This document shows positions 30,701 to 43,063 of a stretch of DNA of 64,000 nt, one piece after another (position 1 is the first letter of the stretch; every line of letters starts with the position of its first letter). The position numbers and the translations under genes were made by a program. A model generated the notes under the pieces. The model saw only the letters and a program-made list of their open reading frames with translations. It was not told where the DNA came from and did no database searches. Source of the DNA: Lepidodermella squamata (lineage: Eukaryota > Animalia > Gastrotricha); contig JBLDXI010000007.1 in the NCBI GenBank assembly GCA_047495785.1, positions 3,906,001 through 3,970,000 of the forward strand, written 5' to 3'.

Positions 30701-31865
30701 GATTTTCCGCCATACTCACCGCTGCGATGTCGTTTAGTTGAGTAATAACCACAGTCCTGTTGTAGAACTCAGGCATTTCAGCGAGAATCAGCGGAACGTT
30801 TGTAGATTTTCCAGTGCCACAATCGCCTGAAACGACCAAGAATTGATTGCCAGATCGCAACTTCGTACTAATCTCTTGTCGAACCAGCTGGATTTGCCAG
30901 TGTGGACTTTTCAGGTTCCTGAGGTTGCGGCGTATCATCATTTTACTCAAGTTGTGATCAGGGTGAATCAACGCCTGTATTATTGCAGTATGAACATTAC
31001 TTCTGGACGCTTCTAGAGCTACGACTTCGGCGCTTTTCGATTTCGATTCCATTTCTTGGATAATTCTTTTGAAAGCTACAAAGAAAAATTAAAATATTTG
31101 AAAAATCAAGCAATTGTAATTACAAGTATCAACAGTACTCCTGAGATCCTCGTCGAAAAAGTCGAGCGCTGACATTAGAGCTGATAAACAATATTTGGCT
31201 GCGTTTATATCAACTTTTGTTAACTCGGCTGCCAGTCCGCCATCATCTATCGGCTTGTTATCCTCCGGGTGCCGAAATCTGCACGTTGATTTATTTTCAC
31301 AGGCGCTTCCGTTGCGACATTTCCGATATTCCTTTTTCTGCGGTTTTGAAATAGTTTTTGCTGCCGAAGCTACGCGGATCGACTTGTTCTTGCCCAGCTT
31401 TTCTTCTCTCGAGTGGAGCCATCTGCAGGTCGAAATTTTTTTACATACCGCTCCAGCTTCACATTTGTTTGGCCGATTGCCTGGATGTCTCAGGGTGCAT
31501 TCCAGCTCATAGCAAACATGCGCCTTCGGGCATTGCTCAGCCAAATGACTTTTCTCACACTTCATATTGTTGCAATTGTGAGGCTTTTCGCAAAGAGGGA
31601 GCGATTCAATTTCGGGTGCTATGAAGTTATTTTCGTAAACAGGATGGATTAGCTTGCAGTAACCGTGTCGTGAGCCGCCGAGGGGGCATTTCTGAGGCCG
31701 ATTACCGGGATGCCGTTTCGGGCAGTCATAGTTGCGGCAAAGATGGCCACTGTCACATTTTTCGACGATATGGCCCAGCTGACAACTCATGTTTGTACAG
31801 TCCTTGGGCTTCTTACAGCAATTTACCCTGGCTCCATCCTTCGATATGGCTGTATTTTGTTCCAT
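24755..31865 (-). CDS. Multi-CCCH zinc finger + DEAH-like helicase (HA2/OB) + RRMs + RBR E3 ligase with C-terminal CaaX, ~1917 aa; exons 31865-31139, 31075-30192, 30140-29931, 29870-29474, 29281-26590, 25870-25618, 25345-24755
   Basis: Seven C-x5-C-x4/5-C-x3-H fingers (one degenerate); P-loop GDCGTGKST; VVLDELD; LCFLP; VVIDCG; ISKASAEQRR; RRM-like segments; RING1 CPIC..CGHSFHRECL; IBR; RING2 CPRC..DGCLALTC..FCGFC; ends KCIIL. Six GT-AG introns keep frame (5754 nt). Confidence 0.85.
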
Positions 31866-32369
31866 TTGCTAAATTTATGTCCAAATATGTTCCTATCAAG
31901 TCAAAATTTTAGAGTGTTAAATCATCAGTTGATGAATGAAATAAACATAGTTTCTTATATACCTAGATGGATTTTAAAGCCATCATTAAAAGCTCAATGT
32001 AGCATCTATGGGCCGTTCTTACAGTATAAACATGCATCTATTTACTACTGTAGAAACATATAGAAAGTCAGAAGGGTCTGTAGTATCCATGTTTAAACAA
32101 ATACCTATGCGTGTGTGAACGCATGCGAAATATAAATCCCAGCTCACTGCCATGCCGATAATATACTATGCAGCGCAGCAAAAAAAATGCAAAAAAAGCA
32201 TCGTCAATAATATGAATCATAGCTGTGCGATTAAAGCACTAATAATAAGCTTAAATAATAATAGTAGCAGTTTATTGAAAAATCGATATTCCGTCCAATA
32301 CTTAACATTAGATTGCCTAAAGACAAAGGTATTTACACCATTTAGCGATTTGCGTTGTGCAGGTGGTTA

Positions 32370-32576
32370 GCATTTTGTTTCCGCTTATCCGGGTCAAAGT
32401 CCATTGTCATTGCACTTGGTGACTTGGTCGCTTGGTCGCCTGTCGTCTCAGTCGCAAGGCCAAAAAAAGTTTCAAAGTCATTCATTAATAGCACAATAGC
32501 GTCGAAGCGGACAAGGGACCAAAAGTCACCAAGTGGTGACGATGGACTTTGACCGGGAAAAGCGGAAACATAATGC
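32370..32576. mobile_element. Foldback/MITE with ~60-bp imperfect inverted arms
   Basis: GCATTTTGTTTCCGCTTATCCGGGTCAAAGTCCAT..CACTTGGTGACTT pairs with AAGTCACCAAGTG..ATGGACTTTGACCGGGAAAAGCGGAAACATAATGC. Confidence 0.65.
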
Positions 32577-33030
32577 CCTACTATATTTTTGCACGAGTCC
32601 TTTATGCTCAATGAGATGACTGAGATGACAATTTCCGGTAGAGGATTGACTGGGGCAGGTTGAATTTCTTGTTGAATTCACGGAAAAATGTCGGAATTCC
32701 GCCGCGAGCGCCAACGATATAAGCCCAAAAAGAAAAGGGTAAAAGCCTGCATAGAAAGAAGAAAACCTAGCGAAAAGAAATTAAAAAAATCGAAAAATCT
32801 AAATTGTCCCCCATTTACAATTAACTGCTGAATTTTTAGCATTTAAGGGGTGTGATCGTGCATTCATAAATTTGCTAAATAAAAGAGTTTTTGAGTTTTT
32901 GTATTATACGCACTTGGGTTTCACAGAGCTGATAAGACTGATAAGACTGAAAATACTATTGGTGAAAATACTATATAAAATATACTAATTTTTTTAATAA
33001 ATGGCTAGTCTGACACATACGTTTTATTTA

Positions 33031-33761
33031 CCGTAAGGCGGTCTAACTTCGGACAGGGTAACTTCGGACACTTTTGACTTTGAACTGGAATTTCTCCTCA
33101 ACCCCGGTGAATATAGAGACTGTTCAAAATGCAAAAGATAGCCCTGAGTCTTGGCTTTCAAATGACACCAGAAACATTGAAAGCAGATAAGTATGCGAAG
33201 AATAGTCCAACTTCTTGGCAGTCATGTCCCGCGACCCAAAATTGCTAACTTTTCACCAGGTAGGTATTTTTGCTGGAGAGAAGCGGAAAAGATAGAGCAC
33301 CATCGATTTAGTAATGCTGTCATGTTCAAACGAATTTTTAACGAAAATTTTGATCAGGAAATACTTTAGAAAACAAATTTTGTCCCGGGTAAGTTCGGAC
33401 AGCTTCAAACTACGGGAAATTGACCTTGACATTTTTTAAACTCCATATTTTATTTAGAACAGCACTAAGCTGCGTTGGGAGCACAATGCAATATTGAGGG
33501 TTCGAATCCCTCATCATGCATTTTGGTTTTTTTTAGTTTTTTTTCTTAAATCTGCTCACAAATTTTATCTCGCTTTAATGTGAACTTTGACCCCAATCTA
33601 AATATTCACATTAAGCTGTCCGAAATTTTTCCGGAGTTGATACTAGAATATGCAGTTTTTCAAGGCGCATCTTTTGACATAAGGCCCGTCAAAAAATTCG
33701 TTCACCTCGAAAAACTAAGCCCCAAAAACACGTTTTTGTCCGAAGTAAGACCGCCTTACGG
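33031..33761. mobile_element. Non-autonomous Tc1/mariner-pogo-like DNA transposon
   Basis: TIRs CCGTAAGGCGGTCTAACTTCGGACA / TGTCCGAAGTAAGACCGCCTTACGG, TA on both flanks, internal repeats of GGGTAACTTCGGACA. Confidence 0.8.
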
Positions 33762-33807
33762 TACGTAAATCAAGTTTTTTTATATATGTACGATCACAGC
33801 CCCCTTT

Positions 33808-33950
33808 GAAAGGGCAGAATGGCGCATGATTGTAAGCACAATTACTGATTATGAATTTCACCTGCCTCTTCAAACCCGTTTATCGGTATAGAAATAAATC
33901 TTTACTTCGATTATCGCGAAGAGGCTAAACAAAAATATGATGATAACAAA
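33808..33950 (+). mobile_element. Decayed RTE-type LINE 3' remnant
   Basis: Encodes ERAEWRMIVSTITDYEF (compare EKDEWRMIVNSIENYEF in the 34-kb copy); GAAGAGGCTAAACAAAA resembles the family 3' end. Confidence 0.5.
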
Positions 33951-34298
33951 GAAAATGAAAGTGAATTCGCTGAATCGAATGGCTTTAATGAATGATGATG
34001 ATTCCCCGTCGACATTCGAGTGTGATGAATAATTTTTCTTTCACGCTACGTTCATATAATATGGGTTGGCACATCGAGTTTCCCCTGACATGTTGAAACA
34101 GGTTTCTACATGTTACAACTGTTTAATCGTGTTTAAACATGTAGAAACTCCCCAAAATATGTTTAAACGACTACCCTGCATATGTGCAATGTGATTGAAA
34201 TGTTGGTTTCTACATAAAGTAATTTTAAGTGTGTATATTATATAAACTTATCGCCCATCACTCTGGCGTCGCAAAAAATGCACTGCTAAGTTTTTATA

Positions 34299-35098
34299 AT
34301 AATAATAATAATAGTTTTATTTAAACCTCTTCTAGACTGAGCGTCATTTACCGTTTCCGGTTTTGAAGAGGGCGAAGGCAGGCAAAGAGAAATTCTTACC
34401 CACCCCCACAGTTGAAGATCTTGCTTTTTCCGAAAAATTCATAGTTTTCAATCGAGTTAACAATCATGCGCCATTCATCTTTTTCAAAAGACACCATTTC
34501 AGCTAGTTGAAAATCGGGTATAATTTTGATTTCAAACTCCTTTTCGCCGGATTTTTCCTTACCTTTTTTCTTTGGCGTTTTGCCCTTCTTATCCGTAGCC
34601 TCATTCTTAGTGCTAGTTTTCTTTTTCCGGCGTAATTCCTTAGTCAGTCCTACTTTAATCAAACTTCTATGCACTCCGTGGATCCATCTAGTTCGGGGTC
34701 GTCCTCTAGGTGCAAACCATCCCAACGGAGGCGTCCAAATATAAATTTTGTTAATTAGTCCTCCCTCGTCGTAGTCACGTGATCTAACAATGTGTCCGAA
34801 GTACCTTAACCGTTGTTTTTCAACAATGCGGCTTACTTCAATGAGACCTCCGCATCGAGCCAGCCTTATGTCTATGTTAGGAATGTAGTCATCCATTAAG
34901 TGGACACCTACTATTGATCGGAGCCAACGATATTCTATAGTATTCAATCTATTTTCTTGGGCTACCGATATGTTCCATGATTCGCACGCGTAAATGATGG
35001 TAGGTATTATAACACATGTCAATACCTTAAGTTTTGTTGCTATGGAAACCTGATTTTTGTTGCACATGAATTTATTCATGGCTCCGAAAACACTGCCC
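34299..35098 (-). mobile_element. 5'-truncated RTE-type LINE with (TAT)n tail and 14-bp target-site duplication
   Basis: ORF 34396-35079 (YACESW..RLRYFGHIVR..RGRPRTRW); TSD GCTAAGTTTTTATA at 34285-34298 and 35099-35112. Confidence 0.9.
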
Positions 35099-35859
35099 GC
35101 TAAGTTTTTATATTATCTTTATATTATGACTGCGTCTGCCCATTGCTAATGAATCATTCATTGATGGTTGGGCTATTTTTGGACTTGAACTTTGGCCAGA
35201 CGACACGCGATTGATGATAGCGACTTGTCCACTTTGAACATCCTTGTCGTTTTACGCCTAGTCGAGCTGAATTTCTGAGTTCATTTTCCACTTCTAATTT
35301 GAACATTTTTTAGCTCTTCGTATCGCGTGTGCCGAAAGAAGTGAAAGAAAGAAGTCAAAACGTTTATTGTTACCGATTTTACGATGGGCCTCGCAGATTT
35401 GTCTACAGGCCGGGTTCGGAGATATTTACTTTCGGGCCTGGTCAGGACTCGATTTTTCGACTGGTAGACAACCCTGCGTCCTCATACCTCGACATGGTAG
35501 AAAATCTTAAACGTTTAGTGGCCGCAAAGAAGAGCCGAAATCGATAACGAATCTGTTTTCATGCACGAACACCCGCTCGTCGCATTTCCCGCCAATAGCA
35601 AGCTGTTGCTGTACCTATCTAGCATTTATAAGCCGAAAGATGCAAAACTCAACTTTAGTAAGTCTCGTAAGTCGATGAGCAAGTTGATGAGTGAAGTTGA
35701 TGACGACAAGTACTACTAGAAATTCCTCAGTCGGGTGTGTCTTTTTTCATCCGACAACCAAAAATGTGACTAAAATCATCCGACATGAAAATATCGATTT
35801 TCTCGATTTTCCAGAGTTCGATCGTGTTCTAATCAGATATTTCATTTTCCCCAAAATAA

Positions 35860-36180
35860 TTATGAATTTATTTTCGCCAAGTAGTTCTATCCTGAGCAAA
35901 ATTTGTAATCCCTATTTTGTTCAAGTAATTTTTGATGCAATCAATCCACGTCGATCCTGGCCGCCCTTGAGGTCTACTCCAAGTATCATGCAAGTACCGC
36001 ATCTCGCTTGCCAGCCTTACTGGGTCCATGCGAGCGACGTGCCGTACCAGCGAAGTTGACACCTATCAATTTAGATTGTAATTTGTTCCGTGCCACACAT
36101 ATTTCTAGCGACCTCATTGCGAATCCTGTCCCTAAGTGTTACGCCGCATATTTTCCGCAAATACCGCATATAGCCAACAT
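35860..36180 (-). mobile_element. Degenerate RTE-type LINE fragment, a distinct lineage
   Basis: MRYLRKICGVTLRDRIRNE..QLRW, then a frameshift to HVARMD..RPQGRPGSTW..AQDRTTWR; also an in-frame stop. Confidence 0.7.
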
Positions 36181-38380
36181 CTATTAACCCTCACTATTAA
36201 CCCTCATGAATTTAGTTTTTGGAACATTAATTTTCAAGCCCAAGCGTCCACACGCCTCAACCTGAGGTTGTAGCTATTATTCAAATCAAAGAAATTATCC
36301 TGATTTTCTCAAAAAGCGAAAGAAGCCCAACAAGCCGGCTCGAAATTTCTGTTGCAATTTTCAAAGCGGTCACTATTTCTGAAAATACGGGGAAATTTAA
36401 AATTTTAACATGTTCATGCAACTGATGCTCAATTCAGATAAATACGTCAAGTATGGACTTTATTATCCTGATCACGGGATCAACGTTCTAAGGAAAAACT
36501 TGGAATAATTTCGCGAAATTTGGTTTCAACCTGAACATTTTGTGGCATATGGCATTAGCGCAAAATTCTGAATCCTAAGTTTCGCGGAAACGTTGCCGTA
36601 TTTTCCCAATTTTTTCCTCAGTGAAACAGCTCATAATTCCTGTTCATAAATCAGAAGTTTTCAATAGCACCTACGTGTTTACAATCGACTGTTAGTCATT
36701 CCAGTCCGACTTAGTCGAGCTGTTTTTGTATCCACGATCAAATCCTTTCCAGATTGTTTCTGCGTGAGTGACCATCAAGACAATCATTATTTTTGGTAAG
36801 GAAAGCGCTCAACGTGACATGTTTGCTCAGCCCACGCTACAATAGCCTTGTATCGCCGTCATCTTTTATCGCAGCAAGCAAACCGGTATCAGCCTTGTAA
36901 TATTGTTTTGATAAGGCTGAGCGAGCGAGTAATGATGACCATCAGATCCTCAAAAAAACACGATTTCTCGGCAAACATCAAATTTTTTTATTGTTTATTG
37001 AAAAATACAGCGTCTCTGCTTTAAAAGCGAATTTCGAGTTTTAATTTAAGACAGCCGAACAGAATGCACAAAGCCACGTGACGTAGAACTTGAATAATAG
37101 CTGATGATGAAAAATTGATTCAACACCGTTGAAACCATAGCGGATGCTTCCCATCAACCAACAGCCAGAACCAAACTAGTTTTTCTACTATCACGAAAGA
37201 TGAAGATTATAAATAGAAGACAGCGAGACGCTAGATGATTTTAGCAAGAATTTCATTCATGTTATTACATATACAATCCAAGTCTGTACAACAACAAAAT
37301 CGGTACAAAAAAGGGATGCGGATGAGTTGTCAGTTCTTCACGATTTCGCGCACTAGAACCATAATAGCATCAATGGAAAGCGCCGCCATGTCACCACGTC
37401 ATCGCTGCTGAATCTGCGAAAAAAAATAAACAAATTTGAGACGAATGAATATGAGATGACACACAAAAATGAAATTAGAAATAAATAAAAGAAATCATAA
37501 TTGTATGATATAGCACGAGTAAAGAGTCTATATCTGAACGGAGCCGGCCGAGATTTACGAATCGGAACGAGTCGCAGACGAGTGGAGATGAGTAAATCGA
37601 GTACGGCGAGTTCAGATATAAACGATTTACGAGTGCTGTATCAAAAAATATTGCACGAGCACATGTACTCGATCTATATTTTTGAAATATTTACATCGAA
37701 ATTTTTGAAATTTTGAAACGAATAATAAATTCCTATCGCATCCCAATGGTTCAAGGATCGAATAAAACTTCAAACTATTCGACTTGCGATGCTCATAAAC
37801 ATGCGAAACCAGGAGAATTACATTCAATTTCGAACAACCTCATTAGATAAAAAGAATAATAATAATCTGGCAGGTTTGAGACGCTAAGATTGAAACTAAT
37901 TTTCAATTCCAAACTCTGGAGAAATAAAAATACCAGAAGACGCGGCAAAAATCGGAAAAATGAGAAATCGACAATTTAGCCTTAATTTTTGGAAAATTTC
38001 ATCTTTTGGCTTGATTTTGATTTCTGAATTTTTAGGTAGAATAATGGGAAAGTTTTGAAAATTTCTCCCTAAAATGGCAAATAAATCAGGCAAAAATGGC
38101 AAAAATGGCAAAATATCAAATTCACCTGAGGTGTTCGTACCGATTCCCATCAGGAAAATCAATTTATTAGAACTTAATCCCCTTTAATTAAATTATTCAT
38201 CTCATCAATCTGATGTTTTTCAAAGCGGAGCAACTCTTAAATCAACAATTGCTAGGATGCTATAGAGGGCATGAATTCACTCAGTCAAGCTTATTACAAA
38301 TTTAGATTTGAATCGAAATGACAGCATTTCAAACTAGCCCCAGCCCGCATTGGAAAATTCAGTTGGCCATTTCTCACCTG

Positions 38381-39189
38381 CTACGCCTGCTTGTTTTTCA
38401 CCGCATCGTCGTAGGTAGGCAACCGCGGCGGTTCGACATTCCAGCCAGGACCGTTCGGCTGTTGCTGCTGGAACACCTGCTGACTGGGCGCGGAGGGCGC
38501 GTAGACACCCGGATACGGCGGCGGGCTTTCGTACAGATAAACGTCGTTCTGCGGCGGCCGCTCGTTGAAAATCGGTGAAACAAAGCCGTACTGCGGGCTG
38601 GCGGGCGGCGTGTAGGCGGGTGGGGGCGCCATGACAATGACCTGGCCGGGCGAGATGAACACGGCCGGCAGGGCGGAGGCGTGGCCTGAGGCGAGGCGGG
38701 CCGCTTTCATCAACGACTCGGCGAATTCGATGGCGCCGCCGTGCGTGAAGTAGAGCTTGAAACGGGCGCCGACGCTCGGAAGACCGCCGCCCTGTTCGGC
38801 GACCAACCGGCCTTTAAGGTAGTTGGAACCGAATACCGGCTGTTCGACGTCGATTTCTTTCAAACAGTGGAATGGCATCGAGACGGAAACGACGTTGTCA
38901 TTGGTCTTCATATTCACGAAAATTACCTGCAAAACAATCGATTATTCGATGATTTTCCGAATGTTAGAGATGATTCAAGAGGGATTTATTACTAGTCAAG
39001 CTGCTGAATCAAGTATTGATGACTTACGCGATGAGTTGTCAGATAAATCCGTCCCTTCTTGCTGCCGTTCAAAGCCTTGTCAGCACTATCAAGATGCAAC
39101 TCGACGCCGTTGTAGTATATGAGAATCAGCTCGCCTTGATAGATACACACGCCTCCAGTTTGCGGCGCATGGGCCGTATTCAATGACAT
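38381..39189 (-). CDS. WBP2: WW domain-binding protein 2 (GRAM + PY motifs); exons 39189-39028, 38926-38381
   Basis: MSLNTAH; GRIYLTTHR|VIF; EQPVFGSNYLKG; FTHGGAIEF; PPAY, PPPY and LPTY motifs. Confidence 0.92.
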
Positions 39190-40054
39190 GATTTTTCAGT
39201 AAAAAATTATCTAATAATGACACATGAAAATAGGAATAATGTAGAACCCAGTTTTACTAAATTTCCATACTTGAACATGTTTCTCAAGTCAGCATGCGTC
39301 ACAATGAATGATAATGATCCTTCAAGAAGAATGATGCACAATTATAGATATATATGTTGACGAATAATTGGTGTTTTTGCATAGCAGACAATATATAAGA
39401 GCAGTAAGGCTACGAAACGAAACTAGCATGCATGTCAAAGCAGGTTCGCTTCGAGGCGATAACACATCTACCGGTATCGATGCTAAGCACTAGTTTGCAT
39501 ATATGTGTAATATAGTAACTGATTCAAGTAAAAAATCATGTTTTCATGGCGGTTTTAACACCAGAACACTGGTATCAAATCATCATTTTAAATGATCATC
39601 AATGACTAATATTTTTGCGTAGTTAGCTGCGTAGGCTACACAATGAGCACCTCAGCAAAACACTATATCGATATTTATTCTTCGCTCTTTGTTTTGTTTC
39701 GTTTCCAATTAGTATCAATATTTTTGGTAGCGATGTATAACACAAAACAGGAACTAGAGTGCTGGTTTCTGCATGAGCATAGAAAGCGCGCACAACTGCG
39801 TGTCAAAGTTTAGCTGTGTTGTTCACTAGCAATAGTAGCGTATGCACAGTTTCAACATAGAATAATAATACGCATGTATGAAGAAGACGACGACCAACAC
39901 ATCAACTTGATTCAGTATTGTTACAAAATGCAATATGAAATCAATAACTGGTTATCAGCGTTTAAATGCACGATAATTTTATTTTTTGAAGAATAAGCAG
40001 GGCTCACAAGAATCGCTGTATTGTATTGTCTCTTTGCCAGTGCACGAGAAGTAT

Positions 40055-40510
40055 CTAGTTCTTTTCACCTCGGATGCAGGCATCTTGGATGTTGGCAAAG
40101 CTGAGGTCGGAGAGGTCGTTGCATTGGACTTCTTTCAACGCACCTTCGAGCTTCTTCTTCAGACCGTCCTTGCTGCTAGCGTACAACATCTTCGACTTGA
40201 TGGGCGAGGTATCGGGGCACCAAGAAATGAACAGCAGCTTGGCCTTGATTTGGTTCTCGATACCGGGGTAGCTGAAATCGTAGATGGCGTAGCGGCAGTC
40301 AGAAGGAGGCAGCGCCTTGACGAATTCATTGAACTCTTCGGGAGTAGTAGATTGACCGGATCCGGTTTTTTGTCCGACTTTGTCGACGATGATGTGCTTC
40401 TTGTCATCAGACACTCGGTAGATGATGAATTTGTAGGCCTTGCCCATCTTGATCTTGGCAAACTCATCGATGCAGACTTGATCAACTTCAACACCAGATG
40501 CGGACGACAT
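40055..40510 (-). CDS. Cofilin / actin-depolymerizing factor
   Basis: MSSASGVEV; YKFIIYRV; DCRYAIYDF; KLLFISWCPDTSPIKSKMLYASSKD. Confidence 0.95.
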   Translation of the reverse strand: MSSASGVEVDQVCIDEFAKIKMGKAYKFIIYRVSDDKKHIIVDKVGQKTGSGQSTTPEEFNEFVKALPPSDCRYAIYDFSYPGIENQIKAKLLFISWCPDTSPIKSKMLYASSKDGLKKKLEGALKEVQCNDLSDLSFANIQDACIRGEKN

Positions 40511-41292
40511 GGTTTTCACAAAGGTGAGTGGAAATAGGATAAATTATTAAGTGCAACTAGACTGTATTAAAAAATAACAATGTCTTGGAGTTTCCTTGGG
40601 CCTAATAAGCCTTCGACTTATTCCTTACAAGGTAAGAGGTAAGAGGCAAAAAGTTCAAAGGACTCATCGAGCGAAAATGCGACAGACGATAAGTTCAATG
40701 CAAAGACAACCGTTTTTTCCATATATGGCAATTGCTCAACAACGAATGAATCGGCGAATGTGTGCATTTTTTACGACTTCAACCGGATCAGCATATGATT
40801 AAGCAAAGATTTTACCGCGCTTAAACGGCCTTGACAAACGTTAATGTATTAAAAATACGTAATGTTTTATTGTACTTTAAACTGCAGTTATCGAAATACA
40901 CCAAAAATCTTTCTGGAATCTACGCTCAATCATTGATTTCTTGAGAGAAAATCTGCGGGGGTGTAAAAACGCGAGCCGGCTTTTGTGGCTTTTGGCGTGG
41001 TACGTGGGAACGGGGTAGGGCACATCCGGAAAATCGGCTACCCGTTGTCGGCTGCTGCCCGTGAACTGTTTTTTTGCATCTTAATGCTATTTAGGTCATC
41101 AGTCACCATTCACCATGCTCACCATGCCATCAACTTTGGGTTCTTCCATGAATGTATGTATGTCAGTGCTGCATTTTATGAGATCTAGCGCTTACTGTGA
41201 CTCACTGTTACGTGTTTGTCGACAATACGGTCATGTTTTATATTTATCATGCTTTGATGATAGATTCATTTATTGTTTTATTTATTTGAATT

Positions 41293-43063
41293 ATGCGTGC
41301 CGTTTGGGTGAACGGTCGCCTTGTTTGGCTGCTCACCTTGTCGCTGCTTCTTTTATCCGCAGCGATATCAGTGAAATGCGCGAGTGATGAAGATGATGGA
41401 GACGTTCAAGATGACGAAGATACTGCTGAAAGCTCGAAAAAACCGGAGACCAAGCAACAGAAGGAAGTATACAAGCCTCCCACAGTGCCAAGTGGGGCGC
41501 TGATGGCCGAGACGTTTGACGGTTCAGCGACTGATGTTTTCAATCGCTGGTTAAAGTCAAAGGCAAAGAAGTCTGGCGGCGAACGCTACGATGGCCAATG
41601 GGGCGTTGAGCAGCACGAATCATCAGCTATTGACGGCGACGTTGGTCTCATTGTCAAAACGAAGGCCAAACACCACGCCATTGCTTCGAAATTGTCATCA
41701 CCATTTGATTTCAATCAATCCAAGCAGCTAGTTGTTCAGTATGAAGTAAAGTTTGCTCAAGGCATGGATTGCGGAGGCGCTTACATGAAACTGCTTAGCA
41801 GCCCGTTTGAAAATGCCGACCAATTCTACGACAAATCGCCTTTCACTATCATGTTCGGACCAGACAAGTGCGGCAATGATAACAAGCTTCACTTCATCAT
41901 TCGATTCCAGCATCCGAAAACTGGCAAATTCGAGGAGAAGCATATGAAAAAGCCTGATAGCTTTGATCTTTCCAAGCTGGTCGGAGATAAGAAGACTCAT
42001 TTATTCACGCTGGTGTTGTCAGCCGATGGTGCTTTCGAAGTTCTAGTCGACCAGAAGCGTATCAAAGCCGGTTCGCTGATGTCACTGGAAGATTTCGACC
42101 CACCTCTCGTCCCACCCGCTGAGATCGATGACCCCAAGGACAAGAAACCGAAAGAATGGGACGACAGGCCGAAAATTGCCGATCCCGAGTCTAAGAAGCC
42201 CGATGATTGGGACGAGAATGAGCCTGAGTTCATCATTGATCCTGAATCGAAGAAGCCTGATGATTGGCTTGAGAAGGAAGAAAAGATGTGAGTTATTACA
42301 ATTGATTTATGAGGCTCATAATTATTATTTTATTGTAAACAGGATCAAAGATCCGCTAGCAACGAAACCTGATGATTGGGAGGATGATATGGACGGAGAA
42401 TGGGAAGCTCCTTTGATCGATAACCCGAAATGTGCCGGCAGGTCTGGTTGTGGCAAATGGGAGGCGACCAAGCTCAAGAACCCGAAATACAAGGGTAAAT
42501 GGTCTGCGCCTTTGATTCCAAACCCTGCCTACAAAGGCGAGTGGAAACCGCGTCGCATTCCTAACCCCGATTTCTTCGAAGAGAAGGACCCCTACTCTAA
42601 GCTGACCCCAATCGCCGCGATTGGCTTCGAGCTTTGGACCATGACGGACCAAGTTGTGTTCGATAATATCTTAGTTGTTGACAACAAAGCCGCGGCTGAG
42701 CAATTCGCTCGCGAATCTTGGGTTCCCAAGTCGCGGGCTGAGTCAACCGGGGCGTTGTCTGTCTTACAAGCCGCGTTAGACGCGCTAACTGACCGACCAT
42801 GGCTCTGGATTGTAGTCATCGTCGTCGTCGCCATTCCATGCGCTCTTCTCATTGCGTATTGCTGCTTTTCGGGATCAAGTAGCGGCGATTCGGCTCGTCT
42901 TCAGGCCGAAGCAGCTGCTCGTCGCAAGAAGACGGACGCGGCTGCTGAAGACGATGCAATTGTCGAAGACGACGATGAAGATGACGATGCTATGCCAGAT
43001 TTGGAGCCGCAGGATGCTGGCGATGACGAGAATGAACAGGAGGTTCGCCAACGTCCGAAGTAA
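41293..43063 (+). CDS. CANX: Calnexin; exons 41293-42287, 42343-43063
   Basis: Signal peptide; QYEVKF..MDCGGAYMKLL; IMFGPDKCG; P-domain repeats KPDDWDE and GEWEAPLIDNP; TM RPWLWIVV; acidic cytosolic tail. Confidence 0.96.
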
